A stretch of 64,000 nt of DNA from Parcubacteria group bacterium GW2011_GWC1_45_14 (GCA_001001345.1 LCKI01000001.1:339-64338); one strand, 5' to 3'. Positions 50,527 through 57,925 are shown, numbered from the stretch's first letter. Made by a program: numbers and translations. The notes: generated from the sequence alone by a model not told the origin.

Positions 50527-50598
50527 GCCACCCTAGCTCAATGGTAGAGCTACTGTTTTGTAAACAGTGGGTTATCGGTTCAAATCCGGTGGGTGGCT
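50527..50598 (+). tRNA. tRNA-Thr(UGU)
   Basis: cloverleaf: acceptor GCCACCC/GGGTGGC, anticodon loop TTTGTAA, T-loop TTCAAAT. Confidence 0.7.
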
Positions 50599-50605
50599 CA
50601 GGAGT

Positions 50606-50641
50606 AGTATTTAGTATTTAGTATTTAGTATTTAGTATTTT
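50606..50641. repeat. 7-bp tandem repeat (gtattta)x4.5 followed by a hairpin aatactgtatacaagatacagtatt
   Basis: direct inspection. Confidence 0.7.
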
Positions 50642-50682
50642 TATACCGAATACAAAATACTGTATACAAGATACAGTATTTT

Positions 50683-50765
50683 GGGTAGTTGGCGGAGTGG
50701 TCAATCGCAGCTGACTGTAAATCAGCCGACTTCGGTCTTCGGGGGTTCGAATCCCTCACTGCCCA
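50683..50765 (+). tRNA. tRNA-Tyr(GUA) with long variable arm
   Basis: acceptor GGGTAGT/ACTGCCC, anticodon loop CTGTAAA, T-loop GGTTCGAATCC. Confidence 0.8.
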
Positions 50766-50862
50766 CCGCGTAAAATCATGAGCTTTGCGAGTGATTTAAG
50801 CGCCCCGTGATAATTTGCGAAAGCGAATTATTTTACGGGGATATACCATTAAAAATAAGCTC

Positions 50863-51156
50863 ATGATCACGCGGCACGGCCGTGAGGGATTCTACTATGT
50901 ATATGTCATAGAAAATGACCATGATTTGAGTTGGTATATTGGATTTACGATTAATTTTGGAAAAAGATTGCAGGAGCACAACTCCGGTAAATCACCGTAT
51001 ACTTCCAGGAAACAGGGAAAACGGAGGGTTATATATGCGGAGTGTTATCTTTCCAAAAAAGATGCGTTGTCAAGGGAGGAATTCTTGAAATCCGGTTCTG
51101 GTAGAAGATTTTTAAAGAACCAATTAAAGAACTACTTGCACGCGACGCCGTTGTAG
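50863..51156 (+). CDS. GIY-YIG nuclease domain protein (YhbQ/UPF0213-like), stop overlaps 5' end of tRNA-Thr(GGU)
   Basis: FYYVYVIEN...WYIGFTINFGKRLQEHNSG. Confidence 0.6.
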   Translation: MITRHGREGFYYVYVIENDHDLSWYIGFTINFGKRLQEHNSGKSPYTSRKQGKRRVIYAECYLSKKDALSREEFLKSGSGRRFLKNQLKNYLHATPL

Positions 51157-51415
51157 CTCAGTCGGTAGAGCGTATCCATGGTAAAATTTTGCCCACCGCA
51201 TGGGAAACCAAGCGGTGAATCCCGAATAACGGTTAAAGGCCTCGCATAAGGTTCAGACCGTGGCGTCAGCAAGGCGCCCGAACGACTGACAAGGGGAGCT
51301 GCGTCCGAAAGGATATGCTCAATATACAGTCTAATCCTCTACGATATATGTTTGTTGGAAAAATAGAGGTGTTAAATGAAGGATAAGGTCCGCGGTTCGA
51401 TCCCGCGCAACGGCT
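51147..51415 (+). tRNA. tRNA-Thr(GGU) interrupted after anticodon by ~196-nt group I intron
   Basis: 5' exon GCCGTTGTAGCTCAGTCGGTAGAGCGTATCCATGGT, 3' exon AAGGATAAGGTCCGCGGTTCGATCCCGCGCAACGGCT form a complete cloverleaf when joined. Confidence 0.6.
51183..51378 (+). ncRNA. Group I self-splicing intron (Azoarcus tRNA-Ile-like IC3 architecture)
   Basis: follows exon U, ends with G; CCGCATGGGAAACCAAGCGG (P3/P4-like), GGTTCAGACCG and ATATACAGTCTAA (P7 strands CAGAC/GTCTA). Confidence 0.55.
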
Positions 51416-51424
51416 CAGGGAAAA

Positions 51425-51457
51425 AGTAATCAGTAATCAGTAATCAGTAATCAGTAA
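51425..51457. repeat. 7-bp tandem repeat (gtaatca)x4.5 following tRNA-Thr(GGU)
   Basis: direct inspection. Confidence 0.7.
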
Positions 51458-51505
51458 GCGTTAAACAATAACGAATAACCGATAATTGATAATAAATTTA
51501 TTTTT

Positions 51506-51667
51506 ATGGGACACATCAAGGACACGATGGCGAAGATGCGATGCTCCGAATGCAAGGAGATCAACTATTATTCTTCACGCAACAAGAAGAAAGTGAAGGA
51601 GAAACTTGAGATGAACAAGTATTGCAAGAGATGCCAGAAGCATACGCTTCACAAGGAAATGAAATAA
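51506..51667 (+). CDS. rpmG: 50S ribosomal protein L33
   Basis: [44 protein letters not shown]; below ORF-track cut-off. Confidence 0.8.
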   Translation: MGHIKDTMAKMRCSECKEINYYSSRNKKKVKEKLEMNKYCKRCQKHTLHKEMK

Positions 51668-51733
51668 CCTGTCAGTCGCGACTGACGGGTTAAACCCGTT
51701 GCTCGCGAGCGACGGGTTAGCTCCTTCTGACTT

Positions 51734-51982
51734 ATGCATTACGTCTATCTTCTTAAATTGGAAAACACCAAAAAGAATTTTTATATTGGTTGTACTTCTG
51801 ATTTGAAGAGGCGTTTACGTGAGCATCAGTCTGGGAATACTCAAACGACAAAAGGAAAAAATCCCAAACTTATCTATTATGAAGCATTTTCCGATAAGGA
51901 TTTGGCTCAAAAAAGAGAAGAGGGATTGAAAACAAGCGGATCCGTTTATAATGCGCTGATAAGAAGGTTGGGATTAAGATAA
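51734..51982 (+). CDS. Second GIY-YIG nuclease domain protein, flanked by 20-nt direct repeats
   Basis: HYVYLLKLEN...FYIGCTSDLKRRLREHQSG. Confidence 0.6.
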   Translation: MHYVYLLKLENTKKNFYIGCTSDLKRRLREHQSGNTQTTKGKNPKLIYYEAFSDKDLAQKREEGLKTSGSVYNALIRRLGLR

Positions 51983-51986
51983 GATT

Positions 51987-52055
51987 GCGGGCATCGTATA
52001 GTGGTAATACGGCGGTCTCACCAGTCAGTCGCGACTGACGGGTGTCTCCAAAACC
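51987..52055 (+). pseudogene. Pseudo tRNA-Trp: 5' half (to anticodon loop) carrying 26-nt palindromic insertion with ctc duplication, no T-arm/3' half
   Basis: identical to 52088-52120 of intact tRNA-Trp then accagtcagtcgcgactgacgggtgt insert. Confidence 0.45.
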
Positions 52056-52087
52056 TCCATTTTTAAAAATTGTGATTATATAAGTCT

Positions 52088-52158
52088 GCGGGCATCGTAT
52101 AGTGGTAATACGGCGGTCTCCAAAACCGTTAACGTGGGTTCGATTCCTACTGCCCGTG
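52088..52158 (+). tRNA. tRNA-Trp(CCA)
   Basis: anticodon loop CTCCAAA, T-loop GGGTTCGATTCC, acceptor GCGGGCA/TGCCCGT. Confidence 0.75.
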
Positions 52159-52162
52159 CAAT

Positions 52163-52210
52163 AAAATAAAACAGGTACTTATTCAAATAAGCACCTGTTT
52201 TATTTTATTT
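52163..52210 (+). terminator. Strong rho-independent terminator after tRNA-Trp
   Basis: aaaacaggtacttatt-caa-ataagcacctgtttt plus T-run. Confidence 0.55.
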
Positions 52211-52335
52211 GTATTGATGCGTAGGAATCGAAGGGTATTTCAAAAAGGCAAACTGCTTTGCGTTTTTGAAAACCCAGGCTTTGAAGGAGGAAATGAGGCA
52301 TGTGCTTGCAAAGCACGCCGAATGACGGGTGAAAA

Positions 52336-52355
52336 GGATTCCTACTGCCCGTGCA
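52336..52355. repeat. 20-nt direct repeat of tRNA-Trp 3' end (gattcctactgcccgtgcaa), att-site-like
   Basis: identical to 52141-52160. Confidence 0.45.
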
Positions 52356-52497
52356 AATTAATGAAAAAACGCTTATTTAGGGCGTTTTTTTGTATCTTCT
52401 ACTTCTATAATATTTTTTAATATTGACAATTTTTTTAAAACCTTGTATATTTTCATGAAAGTTTTGTTCCTTAAACAATTTCGAGAGGAGAAGCGCC

Positions 52498-53496
52498 ATG
52501 CCTAAAAATAGCTTTTATTTTCAGTGGCATATCACTGATTTTTGCGGCAATCGTTGCACACATTGTTATTTGAATGATTTCAATAAAACCAAGGTCTCCT
52601 TACGAACAGCGCGAAAGATCATGGATGACATGCAAGATTGTTGTAGTGAGCTTGATGCTGAAACAATCTTATCCATAACTGGAGGTGATCCACTTACTCA
52701 TCCAAACATTTGGGAAATTCTTGAGCAGGCGAGAAAATTTGTTCGCAAGTTGGCTGTTTTGGGAAATCCCGAGTTACTTAATGAAAAAAGTATAGGGAAG
52801 CTACAGAGTATAGGAATTGATTGGTATCAAGTTTCCCTGGATGGCTTACAGCAAACCCATGACAAAATTCGTAGTCCGGGAAGTTTTCAAAGAACCGTTG
52901 GTGGCATTAGGAGATTGGTAGATGCGGGCATTACGGTTGTTGTGAATTCGACCATTTCGGATTTGAATCTTAATGAAATGTCGGATGTCATGAGGTTGTG
53001 CTATAACTTGGGTGTTGGAAAATGGTCGTTTGCTCGTTATGTTCCAAATAGTGGAACGTGCGGACTAACAGCCAGGGAATATAACAATTTCCTGAAAGAA
53101 GTGTATCGTGAATCAATTGATCTAGCGGGAGAAAAATCAACCTTCATTTCAGGGGATTCCCTGATGAATTCTGCTATTGATAGACCTCAAGATTGTGATA
53201 GTATTGTAGGAGGATGTGCGCTCGGTGGCTCCGCAATGTGCATATTGCCTGATAATACTGTTATGTCTTGTCGTAGACACAAGGAAAGTTCCTTGGGCAA
53301 ATGGATGAAAAAGGGCGATTTATTGGAACTTTTTCTTTTTCATCCAAAAATGCAAGAGTATCGGAAAACAGAGTTGATTGAAGGATGTGGAAAATGTGCA
53401 TTTAGGTTTCAGTGTCGCGGATGTCGTGCATTAGCACTTGCTCAAAGCGGAAACACATTTGGGAAAGATCCCCAATGTGTCATTACTGACAGCTAA
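52498..53496 (+). CDS. Radical SAM / SPASM-domain peptide-modifying enzyme
   Basis: CGNRCTHC (CxxxCxxC) near N-terminus, C-terminal Cys clusters CDSIVGGCALGGSAMC...GCGKCAFRFQCRGC. Confidence 0.8.
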   Translation: MPKNSFYFQWHITDFCGNRCTHCYLNDFNKTKVSLRTARKIMDDMQDCCSELDAETILSITGGDPLTHPNIWEILEQARKFVRKLAVLGNPELLNEKSIGKLQSIGIDWYQVSLDGLQQTHDKIRSPGSFQRTVGGIRRLVDAGITVVVNSTISDLNLNEMSDVMRLCYNLGVGKWSFARYVPNSGTCGLTAREYNNFLKEVYRESIDLAGEKSTFISGDSLMNSAIDRPQDCDSIVGGCALGGSAMCILPDNTVMSCRRHKESSLGKWMKKGDLLELFLFHPKMQEYRKTELIEGCGKCAFRFQCRGCRALALAQSGNTFGKDPQCVITDS

Positions 53497-53519
53497 TAGC
53501 TGGGAAAGGAGAATGAGTG

Positions 53520-53639
53520 ATGCCTAAGCGGAAAAAAGCGAATGTGGCAGCTGCCAAAAAAGAATTGCAGCGGCAAGGGTTCATTTCCAAGGCTTCGGCC
53601 GAAACTTGCGCCATCTGCACCGGCATGGATGGGGACTAG
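53520..53639 (+). CDS. Candidate RiPP precursor peptide (39 aa, MPKRKKANVAAAKKELQRQGFISKASAETCAICTGMDGD)
   Basis: AAGGAG RBS 8 nt upstream of ATG, 24 nt after rSAM stop, C-terminal CxxC. Confidence 0.45.
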   Translation: MPKRKKANVAAAKKELQRQGFISKASAETCAICTGMDGD

Positions 53640-53715
53640 GAAGCATTCTGGTCTCAAGACGGGAGAGGAGGCAAATGCTTCTTCTCCCGTTTTTTATTAA
53701 TACTTCAGTATCAAT

Positions 53716-54309
53716 ATGAATAAAAAATATTTAAAAGTTGAAAGTTTTTATAATTCTAACTCCCAAGGTTATGCGGAAAATTCGGCAGTTATTTTGCGTG
53801 AACAGGTAGGATATTTTCTTTCTAGTATTCCTGATAATGGTCGTATTCTAGATGCCGGTTGTGGTCCTGGTCATGATACGGAATTTTTTTCAAGAAAAGG
53901 ATTTGACACTACAGGTATAGACTTCTCTGTCGAGATGATTGAATTTTGTCGAAAACATAGAAAGGGTGGCGTTTTTAGAAAGATGAATATGTTAGATATG
54001 GGCAGGAATTTTCCCAGAAATTATTTTGATGGAATCTGGATGTCGTCATCAATTACGCATCTGGAAGACAGGGATATTATTAAAGTATTAAAACAAGCAA
54101 AGAACATTCTCTTGGAAAATGGAACGTTGGCAATTATTATAAAAAGAAAGTTCAATAATAAATTGCAGCCAAGAGAAATATTATTCAGGCAATTTTATAA
54201 AAAAGAAATCATAAGTCTATTAAAATTGTCGGGTTTTTCAAAAATTAAATTAACAGATTTTGAAGCTTTGAATAAGAAATGGCTTTTTGTTCTTGCGAAT
54301 AAAGCTTAA
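53716..54309 (+). CDS. Class I SAM-dependent methyltransferase
   Basis: ILDAGCGPGHD motif I. Confidence 0.8.
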   Translation: MNKKYLKVESFYNSNSQGYAENSAVILREQVGYFLSSIPDNGRILDAGCGPGHDTEFFSRKGFDTTGIDFSVEMIEFCRKHRKGGVFRKMNMLDMGRNFPRNYFDGIWMSSSITHLEDRDIIKVLKQAKNILLENGTLAIIIKRKFNNKLQPREILFRQFYKKEIISLLKLSGFSKIKLTDFEALNKKWLFVLANKA

Positions 54310-54458
54310 TTCTTTTTATAATTTTCTTAATAGGCTGTTTGCGCGCTGCAATCTGACATCGATTCTGTCCCAATTTTCCAAAATATTGTTCCTAGTCGTA
54401 TCCATAGCCCGTGCAAACAGTAAAAATGCCTTTATATGGGCATTTTTGCGTTTTAGTC

Positions 54459-54487
54459 TTGACATAAACAAAAAATAGGAGTATAAT
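54459..54487 (+). promoter_or_regulatory. Consensus sigma70 promoter TTGACA-17-TATAAT
   Basis: -35 54459-54464, -10 54482-54487, followed by AAGGAGG RBS and ATG 54554. Confidence 0.55.
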
Positions 54488-54553
54488 ATATGGTCATGGA
54501 AATGACGATTTATAGTTTACTTAACCACGCACCTTAAAAAAAGGAGGAAGTGA

Positions 54554-55381
54554 ATGAAAGTGGAACTGCAAGAACAGGTCAGGAAGCTGGAGAAGGATAT
54601 CCGCCTGAAATCCGCTGAAGCCGCAAGAATTTCGGAGGAAAACGAAATTATCCGTGCGGAGGACGGACGTTTGCGTGAAACCATGAATTTTCGGGAACGC
54701 AATCTTGGCGGCTGGTTTGGCGGCGACAGGAATAAGGTGGCGAGGGTTCGCGAGCTTGAAATGAAATCCGCAGAACTTGATTCGCAGGCAAGCAATTTGG
54801 GGCAAGAGGCAGAAAAGTGCGAGAATGACCTGAAAGTCTTCATCGATGCCTATCTTCGGAATTGCGACGCGAGTTATCAGTCACTCGTCCAGCCTTACGA
54901 TAGGGCTGTCGAGATGAAAAAAGCCATCGCTGTTTTTCTGGAAAAAATCGACATCGCGCTTTCTGAAATCGGCGACGCGCAAGGAATGGAAACGATCGAT
55001 CTCTTAAGTAGCAACAAGGGGATAGCGGCTCTCTCTTACATGGAGAATTCCGAAGCAAGTGATGCGATCGACGAGGTCCGTGCGGCTGTGAAAATTTTCC
55101 AAGAGGCCGTTATCGCTTATAAGGATTCTTCTGGAGGTTTCCAGTCTTCCAAGATTGAAACGGAGATAGGCGACGGTATCGATCTCGTATTCGATTTCGC
55201 CTTGGAAGGTTTCGACTTCATGAGTATCTTCACCCTTTCCGCGTTAGGCGATGCGGAAGACGAATTGAGCGATGTTCGTGAAAAAGTGAACAAGTTTGAT
55301 GAAATCTTCTCCGATTATTTCGCAAAGATGGAGGAAGCCGTTACTTCCTATATCCGCAATGTCAGAGTTTCCTGCGCTTGA
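54554..55381 (+). CDS. Hypothetical coiled-coil protein, likely highly expressed
   Basis: consensus promoter, strong RBS, terminator hairpin at ~55405-55436. Confidence 0.55.
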   Translation: MKVELQEQVRKLEKDIRLKSAEAARISEENEIIRAEDGRLRETMNFRERNLGGWFGGDRNKVARVRELEMKSAELDSQASNLGQEAEKCENDLKVFIDAYLRNCDASYQSLVQPYDRAVEMKKAIAVFLEKIDIALSEIGDAQGMETIDLLSSNKGIAALSYMENSEASDAIDEVRAAVKIFQEAVIAYKDSSGGFQSSKIETEIGDGIDLVFDFALEGFDFMSIFTLSALGDAEDELSDVREKVNKFDEIFSDYFAKMEEAVTSYIRNVRVSCA

Positions 55382-55533
55382 TCGCTCAGGAAAAACATGC
55401 GACCCGTCACTTATCCAAGTGGCGGGTCGTTTTTAATTTCATTCGCTTCGGTTTTGGTATTTTTCAAAAATATAGGGAATCGGGATTTTTCGTGATAAAA
55501 TAATGGGGTAATAATCAGTCTGGTAAATTATAT

Positions 55534-56319
55534 ATGAAAAGGAATTTTTTTATCACCCTTTTTTCTTCCATGGTTCTTTTGACGGCCAATATTTCTTTTG
55601 CTGCTGATTGTGAATGGCCAAGCAGGCCTACCGATTATCAGACAACGGTTGAAAATTTTAGGAAGGCGGAAAGCCGTTGCGATCCGGACGATGCGAAGTT
55701 TAATTTGGAAGAATGCAGAAAATGTTGCGATAGGATAGACACCATAAAACACAGTGAGCCATGGGGCGGTGCGCATCCTGGTGAATGCAAGATATTGAAA
55801 GATCCGCCTACGACCAAGACAGTCAAAGTCGCCCCCATTGCTTCTCCGATTATCACGCCTGCAGTTAAAAGCGAAGCCGTAAAAGCAGTCGATGATAATG
55901 CCCAAATAGAACAGCAAAAACAAAAAGAAGAGCTTGAACGCCAGCAGGAAGAGATTATTCGAAAAAAAGAACAGATCAGGGATGAATTGGAAAAAGATGA
56001 GCTTGAAAAAGAAAATTTATTCAAAAACCAAAAAAATCTTGTCGCTTCCATTGAGAACAAAAAAGCCGCAATAGTCTTTTTGCTTGGTCCTGATTATAAA
56101 AACATAGGTCAGCTTAGAAGCGAGTTGGTAAAAAATTCCGCACTTTCAAAAAAGCTTCAGGAAAAGTTGAATGACGAAATGGACGAGGAGAGTAGGATTA
56201 TGATCCAAGAGGAAATCCAGCAAATATCAAGTCAGCAAGAAACTATAAATAATGTTATTGAAAAAAGTGAAAATGTTTTCAGTTTATTCGGATGGGCCTT
56301 TAAATTCCTTGGAAAATAG
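55534..56319 (+). CDS. Secreted Cys-containing coiled-coil hypothetical protein
   Basis: signal peptide MKRNFFITLFSSMVLLTANISFAADC. Confidence 0.5.
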   Translation: MKRNFFITLFSSMVLLTANISFAADCEWPSRPTDYQTTVENFRKAESRCDPDDAKFNLEECRKCCDRIDTIKHSEPWGGAHPGECKILKDPPTTKTVKVAPIASPIITPAVKSEAVKAVDDNAQIEQQKQKEELERQQEEIIRKKEQIRDELEKDELEKENLFKNQKNLVASIENKKAAIVFLLGPDYKNIGQLRSELVKNSALSKKLQEKLNDEMDEESRIMIQEEIQQISSQQETINNVIEKSENVFSLFGWAFKFLGK

Positions 56320-56443
56320 TGCCAATGTTCTTACAATGAAATTATAACGGACATGCATCATCATGATATGATGCATGTCCGTTTTTTTATTTTTTATGTC
56401 GTTTGTGGTAAAATAAAATCACTTGAAAAAACTTCATATAAAA

Positions 56444-56508
56444 ACAAAAATTCACCCTGTTGAATCCCCGATGCTTCGGGGTCGGCTGGGCCGAATTCAA
56501 CAGGGTAA
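56444..56508. repeat. Palindromic nested-hairpin element copy E, right arm abuts ATG of oxidoreductase
   Basis: aaaacaaaaattcaccctgttgaat ... attcaacagggtaa. Confidence 0.6.
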
Positions 56509-57873
56509 ATGAAAAAAATACTTTCAATCGGTTGCGGAGGAGCTGGAATGTTCAGTGCCATCGTCGCGACGCAACTGAGAAAGGGGGAATTTGAGGCGAT
56601 AGTGCTTTCGGATGAGAAGGATATCTATTGCCGTTGCACGACGCCGTATATCGTGACGGGAGAAGCCCAGCTATGCGACGCTATCCAGCCGGAGAGCATG
56701 ATCGAGAGTTATGGTCCGAAAATCGTGCATGAAAAAGCTATCAGTATAAATACTAAAAAGAAACACGTCCTTACGAAAGAAGGGCACATTTTCGATTATG
56801 ACTACCTGGTCATCGCTACCGGAGCATCTCCCTTTGTTCCCCAAATCAAGGGAATAGATTCCGAAAAGGTCTATACAGTCAGAAACAGTTCCGATATGGA
56901 ATGCATCCAAGGGTGCCTGGGAAAATCCAAGAGCGCGGTCGTGGTCGGCGCGGGAGTCATCGGGATCGAGATGGCGGGAGCGCTAAGAGCCAGAGGTCTG
57001 GACGTGAGTTTGGTGGAATACGCGTCCTCGCTTTCTTCCGGCATCGCCGACAAGGAATTTTCCAAAAAAATAATCTCCCACCTGGAAGAGAATGGAATAA
57101 GGACGATGTTCAGAAGCAAAGTCGTGGAGATCAATGACGCATCAAGAAAAAGAAAAGAAATAGTTATTAAAAAAGGAAGGAATCAGGAGAAACTGGTCGC
57201 CGATTTCGTGGTAGTGGCGGCGGGAATACGCCCCAATTTGGATGTCATCGAAGGAACGAAGATCAAAGCCAATCAATTCGGGATATTGGTTGATGGGAAA
57301 ATGCAGACGAACGCGAAGGACGTCTATGCTTGCGGAGATTGCGCTGTGCCTATTTCGGCGGTGACTGGAAAAAACGAGCCGAGCTCGCTGGCTTCAAGCG
57401 CTATCCAACAGTCCAAGATCGTCGGCTACCAGATGGCCAGTTTTCCAATCAAATATGCCGGCTCGACCGGGGCGTTCGCTTTCCAGACGCTCGGAAAAGA
57501 ATATGCGGCTGCGGGACTGACCGAGGAGGAAGCGCGCAAGAAATTCAGGTGGGTGGTCGTTGGACGCGCCGCGACTACGGATGTGTATAAGGATTTGGAA
57601 CGTAACAAGCCCTTGGACGTGAAACTGATCTTTGCCGGACCCAAGATGAGGTTGGTCGGTTATGAAGGTTTCGGCAACGGAGTGATCGCCTCGGCGGAAG
57701 TGGCCAGTTTCGCGATCGGACTCCGTCTGAATATCTTGAAAGTCCTGAAATTCAACTACATCGCTCATCCGAGCCTGACTCCTTGGCCGTTCATGAATCC
57801 GATTATCATGGCGACCGAGGACGCGGTGGGGAGTATTATGAAAAAAATCAAGGTTTTTTTCGGGAAAAAATAG
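56509..57873 (+). CDS. FAD-dependent pyridine nucleotide-disulfide oxidoreductase (NADH oxidase/CoA-disulfide reductase family)
   Basis: GCGGAG FAD motif, VVVGAGVIGIEMAGAL NAD motif, redox Cys YCRCTTPY. Confidence 0.8.
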   Translation: MKKILSIGCGGAGMFSAIVATQLRKGEFEAIVLSDEKDIYCRCTTPYIVTGEAQLCDAIQPESMIESYGPKIVHEKAISINTKKKHVLTKEGHIFDYDYLVIATGASPFVPQIKGIDSEKVYTVRNSSDMECIQGCLGKSKSAVVVGAGVIGIEMAGALRARGLDVSLVEYASSLSSGIADKEFSKKIISHLEENGIRTMFRSKVVEINDASRKRKEIVIKKGRNQEKLVADFVVVAAGIRPNLDVIEGTKIKANQFGILVDGKMQTNAKDVYACGDCAVPISAVTGKNEPSSLASSAIQQSKIVGYQMASFPIKYAGSTGAFAFQTLGKEYAAAGLTEEEARKKFRWVVVGRAATTDVYKDLERNKPLDVKLIFAGPKMRLVGYEGFGNGVIASAEVASFAIGLRLNILKVLKFNYIAHPSLTPWPFMNPIIMATEDAVGSIMKKIKVFFGKK

Positions 57874-57895
57874 TAGTGTCTTTTAAAGCAGCTCA

Positions 57896-57925
57896 TTAGA
57901 ACACCCTTTCGGGTGTTTTTGTTGG
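57896..57925 (+). terminator. Rho-independent terminator
   Basis: aacaccc-tttc-gggtgttttt. Confidence 0.5.

Noticed and set aside
51183-51378. Alternative interpretation of the tRNA-Thr insert as a group II intron or IS element
   Set aside because: The insert is far too short for group II (no domain V GAAA-capped hairpin, no ORF) and has no terminal inverted repeats. The U-before and G-at-end rule and the P7-like CAGAC/GTCTA pairing fit group I.
52088-52400. Integrase or recombinase next to the tRNA-Trp att-like repeats
   Set aside because: No tyrosine or serine recombinase-like ORF is present within the window. The repeats are reported as scars only.
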